A stretch of DNA of 42,437 nt, taken from NCBI GenBank assembly GCA_035620395.1, contig DASPGW010000044.1, positions 1-42,437 on the forward strand, in the 5' to 3' direction. The notes beneath the pieces were generated by a model. It had not been told where the DNA came from. It ran no database searches and saw nothing but the letters and a program-made list of their open reading frames with translations. A program made the translations under genes and the position numbers. Origin of the DNA: Desulfuromonadales bacterium. GTDB lineage: Bacteria > Desulfobacterota > Desulfuromonadia > Desulfuromonadales > DASPGW01. Positions 36,229 through 42,437 of the stretch are shown in pieces (position 1 is the first letter of the stretch; each line of letters begins with the position of its first letter).

Positions 36229-37009
36229 AGGAGGAAGAAGGGTGAGCGGAAAGAGTCCGGCAGGAGAGTTTCCTGCGAGCGGAGCCGGCCTCCCGCCGCT
36301 GCCGCGGCCGAGGCTTGCGGCGCGGCTGACGGGCCGATTTTTCGCCCTTCTGTTGCGCCTGCTGGGCGCCACCTGGCGACGTGAGACCAAAGAGCTCGAG
36401 GCCCTGGACGGGATGCTGGCCCGAGGGGAGAGGGTTCTGGCGGTCTTCTGGCACGGCGGCTATCTGCCGCTATTTTTCCTCTTCGCCGGGCGGTCGGCCC
36501 GCATCCTGAGCAGCCGCTCTTTCCGCGGCGAGGTCATCGCCGAGATCTGCCGCCGCTTCGGCTACGACGGCGGCTCGATTCCCAAGCCGGCGGGGGGAAC
36601 AAAACGCGACGCCGTACGCCGCGCCCTGGACGGCTGCCGCCTCGCCGCCCTTGCCGTTGACGGCCCTCTCGGGCCGTTCCACGTCGTCAGGCCCGGCACC
36701 GTCCGCCTCGCCGCCGATCTCGCCCTGTCCGTGCTGCCGGTGGCGGCGGCCGCCGACCGAGCCTGGGTCCTGGCCGGGCGCTGGGACCGGATGGAGGTCC
36801 CCCGCCCCTTCGCCCGACTCAGCCTGGTCTGCGGCGAGCCAGTACATATCCCGGCGGGCTTGGCAGAGGAGGAACTCGCGGGGTGGTGTGCGCACCTGCG
36901 GGAGAGCCTGGAGAAGGCGGAGCGGCAGGCGAGAGCAATGACGGGCGATGCGGGATTTTATTGCGGGAGAACCTCAGAACGAGCCGGGCGAAAGGCGGGA
37001 CGTTGGTAA
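36206..37009 (+). CDS. DUF374 / lysophospholipid-acyltransferase-like protein
   Basis: The VFWHGGYLPLF...SRS.RGE.IAEI..RFGY......G.......AL......LA..VDGP.GP pattern recalls DUF374. The stop TAA (37007-37009) lies inside repeat copy 1. GTG 36242 is an alternative start. Confidence 0.65.
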   Translation: MEKRPAPKGGRRVSGKSPAGEFPASGAGLPPLPRPRLAARLTGRFFALLLRLLGATWRRETKELEALDGMLARGERVLAVFWHGGYLPLFFLFAGRSARILSSRSFRGEVIAEICRRFGYDGGSIPKPAGGTKRDAVRRALDGCRLAALAVDGPLGPFHVVRPGTVRLAADLALSVLPVAAAADRAWVLAGRWDRMEVPRPFARLSLVCGEPVHIPAGLAEEELAGWCAHLRESLEKAERQARAMTGDAGFYCGRTSERAGRKAGRW

Positions 37010-37022
37010 CTTATGTAACTTG
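36997..37022 (+). repeat. 26-bp repeat, copy 1 (GGGACGTTGGTAACTTATGTAACTTG)
   Basis: Identical over 26 nt to 37977-38002. Looser similarity extends about 10 nt upstream (CGAAAGG..GCGGGACG). Confidence 0.9.
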
Positions 37023-37058
37023 GCTGAAGTCCTGGAAGCTCTGGGGACACGTCCCTTC

Positions 37059-37946
37059 TCACCGGGAGTCGAGGAACTCCTCAATCAGCCGCGCAGTTAG
37101 CGCGGGATAGCGAGTCTCCTTCTCCGTCATTACGGCTTCGCCGAGATAGTCCCCGTGCCCACCGGGCAGGATCAGCAAGCGCGCGTTCGGAATCAGGCGA
37201 GTCAGCTCAATGGCATGCTCAGGTTTCACGATGTCCTGATCACCAAGAACGATCAGCGTCGGCGCCCGGACCGACCGAAGCGCGTCGTCCGGAACGTCTT
37301 TGAAGCTCTGCATCCGCGCGGCGTCCTTGTCGTGCATGGTCTTGAGCTGCTGCACGTCCGGGTTCACCCGCAGGAACGCATCCTTGAGGGGCTGCGGCAT
37401 GTTCGAAAAGTCCGCTTCCTTCATGAACTCCCAGAGTTGTGGCTGAGCACCGTCTCTTTTGGTTATCGATGAAGCAAAGACCAGCTTTCGCACGAGCTGT
37501 GGATGCCGTATGGCAACCTGAAGAGCGACACTGGCGCCGTTGCTGAAGCCGAAGATATCGGCCTTGTCCACCTTCAGGTAGCGAAGGAGAGCCGCGACAT
37601 CGTCCGCGGAAGACTCGAAGGTGACAGGGGCATCGCGATCGGTTGTACGGCCGTGCCCCTGCTCCTCCACCGCGATGACCTTGCGGCTGCCGGCGAAGAC
37701 CGGGAGCACTCTGGCGAACGTGACCTCAATGGTGGATCCGCCGCCGTGAAGCAGGACGAGAGGAACGCCGTCTCTGCGACCATGCACTTCGTAGTACATG
37801 TTGATGCCGTTGACGGGGGCGTAGCCGCTCTCGAGTGGCTTCGATTGAAGGGATAACATAGTCTCCCCTGGGCCCATGGCGCCACCAGGTGCGCAGCCGC
37901 AGGTCATCAGCAGCATCGAAATCACGAGCTCAAGACTACGCTTCAT
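37059..37946 (-). CDS. Secreted alpha/beta hydrolase (possible lipoprotein)
   Basis: LLHGGG oxyanion region and nucleophile elbow GFSNG. Signal peptide with Cys-containing LLMTCGC. Visibly lower G+C than flanking genes. Confidence 0.8.
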   Translation of the reverse strand: MKRSLELVISMLLMTCGCAPGGAMGPGETMLSLQSKPLESGYAPVNGINMYYEVHGRRDGVPLVLLHGGGSTIEVTFARVLPVFAGSRKVIAVEEQGHGRTTDRDAPVTFESSADDVAALLRYLKVDKADIFGFSNGASVALQVAIRHPQLVRKLVFASSITKRDGAQPQLWEFMKEADFSNMPQPLKDAFLRVNPDVQQLKTMHDKDAARMQSFKDVPDDALRSVRAPTLIVLGDQDIVKPEHAIELTRLIPNARLLILPGGHGDYLGEAVMTEKETRYPALTARLIEEFLDSR

Positions 37947-37976
37947 ATTGCTCCATCCGAAAAGGGATGCGGGACG

Positions 37977-38002
37977 GGGACGTTGGTAACTTATGTAACT
38001 TG
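37977..38002 (+). repeat. 26-bp repeat, copy 2 (left inverted repeat of the transposase unit)
   Basis: Identical to copy 1. Contains the stop codon of the transposase gene (37991-37993 on the minus strand). Confidence 0.9.
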
Positions 38003-38932
38003 TTTCTGGATCGCCTTGATTACCGCGACGTGAGTGCGGCCGGTCATTCTACCGAGAGCAGAAAAGGTCGCCCCGGCTTCTTGCTGCGCCTGGCGAAAAA
38101 ATGCCCCTCGTGCAGAGCTGGCCTGCCTGCCTCTGCCTGGGCCAAGAATTTCAGCCGCCGACACCCCCGTCCTCTCCGACACCCCCGTCCTCTCCGACAC
38201 CTCCGTCAGGACTTCCTCGATTGTTCTTCGGCTGACCTTTTCAACAGCCTTCACACCAACAACGGTCTCCGCGAATTCATTGCAGCCAAGAATTCTTCCG
38301 CCCCAATGCTCAGTGCTATTCTCCACGGCGCCCCTTGCCAAACCTCCGGTGCCCAATCCCTGGCGGCGCCCCTGAGCGAAGCCATCGGAAACAAACTTGC
38401 GGTAGGCGGAGTCGGCACTGCTTCGTCGCGCAGAAAACCTGGACAGCACCGAATCGACATCCTGCCCCTCCTGCAGGCGTTTTCCAAGGACAACGGCATG
38501 CCCCGTGTACGGATAGCTCTCCAACTCATCCATGCTCGTGACTGCGCCAACCCTCACCGGGTTCAGATGAATATACCGGACCAGCTCGAGAAAATACGCT
38601 TCATCTTCCACCACAATGCTCTTGTAGCGGTTTTGAAAAAGATGGCCTGTGCGCTGGTGCCGAATGTTGAATCTCACCGCATGCCCCGTCAAGAGGCGGC
38701 GCAGCATAGCGGATAAAGGCAGATCGGTCGGTTGCACAAGCAGGTGGAAATGATTGGTCATGAGTGCCCACGCATACAGGCGCGGTGCGCCGGGTCGCGC
38801 CAGGATATCACCGAGCCGGTCGAGGAAGTTTTCACGATCCGCTTCATCGCGGAAAATCTCCCGCCCCTCGATGCCACGGGCCATCACATGATGAAAAAAA
38901 CCGGGAACATTGAGTCTCGCTTGCCTTGGCAT
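37991..38932 (-). CDS. REP-associated tyrosine transposase-like protein (Y1/HUH) with C-terminal DnaA_C-like HTH
   Basis: FFHHVMARG, HUH motif in NHFHLLV, and catalytic Tyr context RYIHLNPVR. The C-terminal GATFSALGRMTGRTHVAVIKAIQK resembles the DnaA domain IV HTH. Confidence 0.8.
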   Translation of the reverse strand: MPRQARLNVPGFFHHVMARGIEGREIFRDEADRENFLDRLGDILARPGAPRLYAWALMTNHFHLLVQPTDLPLSAMLRRLLTGHAVRFNIRHQRTGHLFQNRYKSIVVEDEAYFLELVRYIHLNPVRVGAVTSMDELESYPYTGHAVVLGKRLQEGQDVDSVLSRFSARRSSADSAYRKFVSDGFAQGRRQGLGTGGLARGAVENSTEHWGGRILGCNEFAETVVGVKAVEKVSRRTIEEVLTEVSERTGVSERTGVSAAEILGPGRGRQASSARGAFFRQAQQEAGATFSALGRMTGRTHVAVIKAIQKQVT

Positions 38933-38964
38933 AAATCCCCCCCCTGATTCAGCCGCACTCGAAT

Positions 38965-38991
38965 AAAGTTACATAAGTTACCTACGTCCCC
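38965..38991 (-). repeat. 26-27 bp repeat, copy 3 (inverted)
   Basis: The reverse complement GGGGACGTAGGTAACTTATGTAACTTT differs from copy 2 at one internal and one terminal position. Confidence 0.85.
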
Positions 38992-39147
38992 CTATGTCCG
39001 TGGTCATCTCTTCAGCTCTCGGAACGCCGCCTCTCCCTTTTATCCCTTATCCCCTCCGCCGTCAACAAGGGGCGCTCATTCGGGCGCCGCCCGGCGGGAC
39101 CCGCAGCATCGGCGGAAAGAAAGGGGGCACGAAGTGCCAGCGTGCCG

Positions 39148-39180
39148 AAAAAAGCAACGCCCGCACGAAGCGGGCGTTGC
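39148..39180 (-). terminator. Rho-independent terminator of the octahaem cytochrome gene
   Basis: GCAACGCCCGC-acgaa-GCGGGCGTTGC (11-bp stem) with an A6 run on the plus strand, i.e. U6 after the hairpin on the minus strand. Confidence 0.8.
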
Positions 39181-39210
39181 CGGTGGGAAAAGAGTGGTCC
39201 TGCCTTGGGA

Positions 39211-41112
39211 CTAAAGGTTCGTGGCGTCGTGGCAGGCGCCGCAGGCGTTGGTGTACGGGATCGGCATCGCCTTGCCCGGCTCGACCCCCTTGACGGCCGG
39301 GTTGTCCTTGCGCGGCACGTCGAAGAGGTGGGAGGTGATGTCGTTCTGCCAGTAGTTCTTGCCGTCCTTGCCGACCAGTCCCTTGCCGAGGCCGGCGCCG
39401 GTCTGCATGGTCTTGGTCATGTGGCAGTCGATGCAGCGGATCTTCTCATGCTCCATGCCGACGGCCTTGGCCGTGTGGGCCTTGATGGCGACGTCCTTGT
39501 GGCAGCTCATGCAGAGCGTATTCTTGTCGTCGCGCGCTTCCTGCTTGAGTTGGTGCTTGACCGCGCTCTTGCCGTGCGGGTCGTGGCAGTCGACGCAGGT
39601 CATCAGGTAGCTGCCGTTCATGTACTTCTTCGAGCGGACCAGGTCGGTCCCCTGCTGGTGGTGCGACTTGGAGTGGACGCCGTCGCCCCAGAAGTCCTTC
39701 TGCGCCGCATCCTCACGGGTCGTGTGGTTGACCAGATACTCGTTGCGGCTCATCCCCGGGGTGAGCATCTTGTTATCCTTGCTCACCGGCTGGTCGTTCT
39801 TCAGATTCCCCTGGGGCCGGCTGTGGCACTGGTTGCAGATGACCGTGGCCCGCTCGGCGGCGAGCTTGCCCGGGTTGACGATGGTGGAAGCCTTCTTCGC
39901 CTTGGCCGATTTCACGTGCTCGGAGCCGGCACCGTGGCAGACCTCGCAGCCGATGTTCAGCTCGTTGGGGACGCCGTCGCCGTCGATGTCCAGCTCGCCG
40001 TTCGGATCGTTGACCGCGCCGGCGACGAAGTCGCCCGCCACCGTCGGGGTGAGGGTGTAGCCGTTGAAATGGCAGGAGGCGCATTCGATCTCGAACGCCT
40101 TCTTCTTCGGCGGGTCGGCCAGCTTCCCGGTCTCCTCGTTGAAGAGCCAGTCGGCGTGGTAGTCGCGCCAGGGCTTGCGCGAGCGGTCGGCGTAGCTCTC
40201 ATCGCCTTCCGGATTGTACTGGACGAAGGGGAAGTGGACGTCGCCGACCTTGTACAGGTAGCGCTGCTTGTAGAGGCCGCCGCCATAGGTCATCTCGACC
40301 GGGTAGGTGCGCGGCGGATCGGCCGGGTCCTTGGCGTTTTCGGTTTTGAACTTGAGCTTGCCGTCGGCATCCTTGAAGAAGGTGGCGGTGAAGCTCAGCG
40401 TCGCCGGATCGGCGGGCGCCTTTTCCGAGATCTGGTACTTGTCGAAGCCCCGGCTCTTGTCGAAGCCGGTGAAGTAGAACTTCGTGCCGGCCATCAACTT
40501 GTCCAGCCCCTTGTTGAACTCGGGGAAACGGGAGAAGTCCTGCAGCTTGCCCGGCTTGCCGACCACGGCGATGCCGAGCTTGTGCAGGGTCATCTTCAGG
40601 GCGGCGTAATCCTTGTGGCAGGCGAGACACTTGGAGCTGCCGACGAAGCTGGCGTTGCCCGGAACCTTGCCGGAGACCTGGATGGCCAGCGGCTTCGCCG
40701 TGAGTTCGGCCGCGGTCATCGCCTTGTCGGCGAGGTCGCCGCCGGGGAGGTGCTCCGCATCGGCGGGCTCGACGTAGACAAAGTACTTGCCGTCGGCCGC
40801 CTTGCCGATGTTGAAGGCGCCCTTCGCGTCGGTCTTGCCCTGCTGGTATTTGTCGCGGCCCGTAGCGAGAGTGTCCTCCATCGGCTCGTCATTGTCGACG
40901 TTCGCCCGGATTTCGGTGGTCGGCGCCTTGGCGAGCTTCGCCACGTCGGCGGCCGGCACCAGATAGACCGTCGCCCCGGCCACCGCCTGTTTCGATCCGT
41001 CCTGCACCGTTCCCTTGACCGCTCCGTCCTTCTGCGCCTCCGCAAACGGTGCAAAAGCAAGGACGGCTGTCGCCACAACGACTGCCAACCTGGTGAATCC
41101 CATCCCGTTCAT
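39211..41112 (-). CDS. Secreted octahaem c-type cytochrome with N-terminal CarboxypepD_reg-like beta domain
   Basis: Eight CxxCH motifs (CLACH, CASCH, CEVCH, CNQCH, CVDCH, CMSCH, CIDCH, CGACH). Signal peptide MNGMGFTRLAVVVATAVLAFAPFAEA. GAGGAGGAG RBS before ATG 41112. Confidence 0.9.
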   Translation of the reverse strand: MNGMGFTRLAVVVATAVLAFAPFAEAQKDGAVKGTVQDGSKQAVAGATVYLVPAADVAKLAKAPTTEIRANVDNDEPMEDTLATGRDKYQQGKTDAKGAFNIGKAADGKYFVYVEPADAEHLPGGDLADKAMTAAELTAKPLAIQVSGKVPGNASFVGSSKCLACHKDYAALKMTLHKLGIAVVGKPGKLQDFSRFPEFNKGLDKLMAGTKFYFTGFDKSRGFDKYQISEKAPADPATLSFTATFFKDADGKLKFKTENAKDPADPPRTYPVEMTYGGGLYKQRYLYKVGDVHFPFVQYNPEGDESYADRSRKPWRDYHADWLFNEETGKLADPPKKKAFEIECASCHFNGYTLTPTVAGDFVAGAVNDPNGELDIDGDGVPNELNIGCEVCHGAGSEHVKSAKAKKASTIVNPGKLAAERATVICNQCHSRPQGNLKNDQPVSKDNKMLTPGMSRNEYLVNHTTREDAAQKDFWGDGVHSKSHHQQGTDLVRSKKYMNGSYLMTCVDCHDPHGKSAVKHQLKQEARDDKNTLCMSCHKDVAIKAHTAKAVGMEHEKIRCIDCHMTKTMQTGAGLGKGLVGKDGKNYWQNDITSHLFDVPRKDNPAVKGVEPGKAMPIPYTNACGACHDATNL

Positions 41113-41230
41113 TGCGCTCCTCCTCTGTTTGGACATAGTGTCGAACGCCATCGCGGGCAACCCGCGCCTGGCTTCACCCCCTTCCGGGAGTGCAACCCCG
41201 ATTATCGATACGTCTTCCGATTACTCGGCA

Positions 41231-41257
41231 AGTATACCCGGGAATCGGATGTGTCAA
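41231..41257 (-). promoter_or_regulatory. Candidate sigma70 promoter for the cytochrome gene
   Basis: Minus strand TTGACA (41257-41252) and TATACT (41236-41231), but only a 15-nt spacer. The leader would be about 110 nt. Confidence 0.3.
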
Positions 41258-41344
41258 GCCGTGGACACCGCCGCTCGCCTGCCGCTAGGGTAAAAAGGCG
41301 TGAAGCGGAGGGTCGGCAAATTACTATGGGTGAAGAAGCAGAGG

Positions 41345-41390
41345 GGATTCCAGATAAGAATCCTTCACGTCGCCCGCCCGGGCGGTGAAG
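41345..41390 (-). terminator. Two adjacent hairpins downstream of the response-regulator gene
   Basis: CTTCAC..CGCCCGggCGGGCG..GTGAAG (41363-41390) and GGATTC-cagataa-GAATCC (41345-41363). Only a weak U-rich tail. Confidence 0.4.
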
Positions 41391-41425
41391 AAAAGTTCAC
41401 GGATGAGGGGGATATTTTCCTTGAA

Positions 41426-42079
41426 TCAGCTACTTAGATTATTGACCACGACCTGCATGCAATCGACGACCTTGCGGCCTTCCTTGCTCAGAACGTAGAA
41501 CTTGCGGGCGTCCTGCTCGATGAATCGGGCATCGCGGAGCACCTTGAGGTGGAAGTTCACCTTGGTGTGGTCCTCGACTGCGAGCTTCCGGGTAATGTCC
41601 ATGAACCGCAACCGCCCCTCGCGGGCGAGCAGGTAGAGGATCTCCCGGCGCATCACATTGGCCAGACAATTGAAGGTGTCCTCAACATCGATCACCGAAT
41701 GGCACTTCTGCAACCGGGCCTCTTCCAGACAGCGGCGGACCGCCGTCAGCAGTTCGTCGACCTTGAACGGCTTGGTGAGATAGTCGTCGGCGCCCTTGCG
41801 CATCGCCGAGACCGCATTCTCGATGGTGGCGAAGGCGGTAATCATGATCACTTTGACCGACGGCGACTGCCGCTTGATCAGCGGGAGGACCTCCTTGCCG
41901 TCCATCCCGGGCATGATCAGGTCGAGCAGAACCACGCTGAAGGTCTGCCCCTCCAGACAGTCGAGAGCCGCCTCACCACTGGCCGCCATCGTCACCGAAA
42001 ACCCGGCCTCAACCAGAATCTCGCGGATGTTTTCCCGCAACTCCAGATCGTCGTCAATCACGAGAATATTTTGCGTCAT
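41426..42079 (-). CDS. Response regulator: receiver domain + ArsR-like winged-helix output
   Basis: ILVIDDD, phospho-acceptor VLLDLIMPGMDG, and KPF. The C-terminal RREILYLLAREGRLRFMDITRKL...NFHLKVL matches the ArsR-type HTH pattern. Confidence 0.85.
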   Translation of the reverse strand: MTQNILVIDDDLELRENIREILVEAGFSVTMAASGEAALDCLEGQTFSVVLLDLIMPGMDGKEVLPLIKRQSPSVKVIMITAFATIENAVSAMRKGADDYLTKPFKVDELLTAVRRCLEEARLQKCHSVIDVEDTFNCLANVMRREILYLLAREGRLRFMDITRKLAVEDHTKVNFHLKVLRDARFIEQDARKFYVLSKEGRKVVDCMQVVVNNLSS

Positions 42080-42130
42080 TCTTTACTCCTGCTGTGCACT
42101 TCAGTTGGACCGACTGCAGACGGCGGACGT

Positions 42131-42437
42131 TCAGGATTCTCTTGCCTCATGCCACTGGCCTTCCGCCTGCTCATCTATCGGGAAAAACAGGGCCAGGGTA
42201 GTGCCAACCCCCGGCTTGCTTCTCGCCTCGACCCGACCCCCATGCCACTCCATGATGCCGAAACAGATGGAAAGGCCAAGCCCGGTCCCCTTGCCAACTT
42301 CCTTGGTGGTGAAAAAAGGATCGAAAATCGAGCGCAGTTTTTCGGCAGGGATGCCGACACCGCTGTCGGTGATTTCGACTACGGCCATCTTCTTCTCGGC
42401 ACGGGTGACAATAGCGATTTCGCCCCCTGGCGCGGTC
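42131..42437 (-). CDS. Histidine kinase, C-terminal HATPase_c part (5' end outside the window)
   Basis: DSGVGIP, FDPFFTTKEVGKGTGLGLS G1/G2 boxes. The frame stays open to the window edge. Confidence 0.8.
   Translation of the reverse strand, partial: TAPGGEIAIVTRAEKKMAVVEITDSGVGIPAEKLRSIFDPFFTTKEVGKGTGLGLSICFGIMEWHGGRVEARSKPGVGTTLALFFPIDEQAEGQWHEARES

Larger units (their letters stand above)
37977..38991 (-). mobile_element. RAYT/IS200-like Y1 transposase unit bounded by 26-27 bp inverted repeats
   Basis: A single HUH/Y1 transposase gene flanked by 37977-38002 and the inverted copy 38965-38991 (25/27 identical). Confidence 0.7.

Noticed and set aside
1-42437. tRNA, rRNA, tmRNA, RNase P, SRP or 6S RNA genes; integrase or attachment sites; reverse transcriptase or retron; restriction-modification or large ATPase/nuclease defence genes.
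   Set aside because: No characteristic conserved cores (for example GGTTCGAATCC T-arms, or the RNase P GAGGAAAGTCC) and no matching protein signatures were seen on either strand. The only defence-related content I can support is the two PIN-type TA pairs.

Overview
High-G+C chromosomal segment with gene content typical of a Desulfuromonadales/Geobacter-like deltaproteobacterium; the taxon is inferred only from gene content and multihaem cytochromes. I support about 45 protein-coding genes and found no rRNA, tRNA or CRISPR array. No riboswitch or other ncRNA could be identified with confidence.

Most of the window is housekeeping:
- ald
- a lipid kinase-Nudix-nudC operon
- a U32 peptidase
- the conserved LysM-dprA-smg-topA-trmFO-maf-yggS run
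- proC
- a speH-speE-speA polyamine operon with an XRE-cupin regulator

Three small accessory islets interrupt it:
1. An A/T-rich stretch at about 6.8-7.8 kb, carrying an orphan secreted protein upstream of a sensor kinase.
2. About 22.7-27.2 kb, carrying a small Cys-rich protein, two PIN-type toxin-antitoxin pairs and several small membrane proteins.
3. About 37.0-39.0 kb, where a HUH/Y1 (RAYT-like) transposase sits between 26-27 bp inverted repeats. A third copy of the repeat brackets a lower-G+C alpha/beta-hydrolase gene.

The structure least explained by gene calls is a recurring intergenic pattern. Short degenerate tandem arrays (4-6 units of 7 nt, once 9 nt), each locus with its own unit sequence, sit at gene boundaries and often contain the neighbouring stop or start codon. 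GTAGGGGCG...CGCCCCTA palindromes overlapping stop codons are a second small repeat family.

I see no classical multi-gene defence system beyond the TA pairs. All family assignments come from motif recognition by eye. No database search, folding or composition calculation was run.
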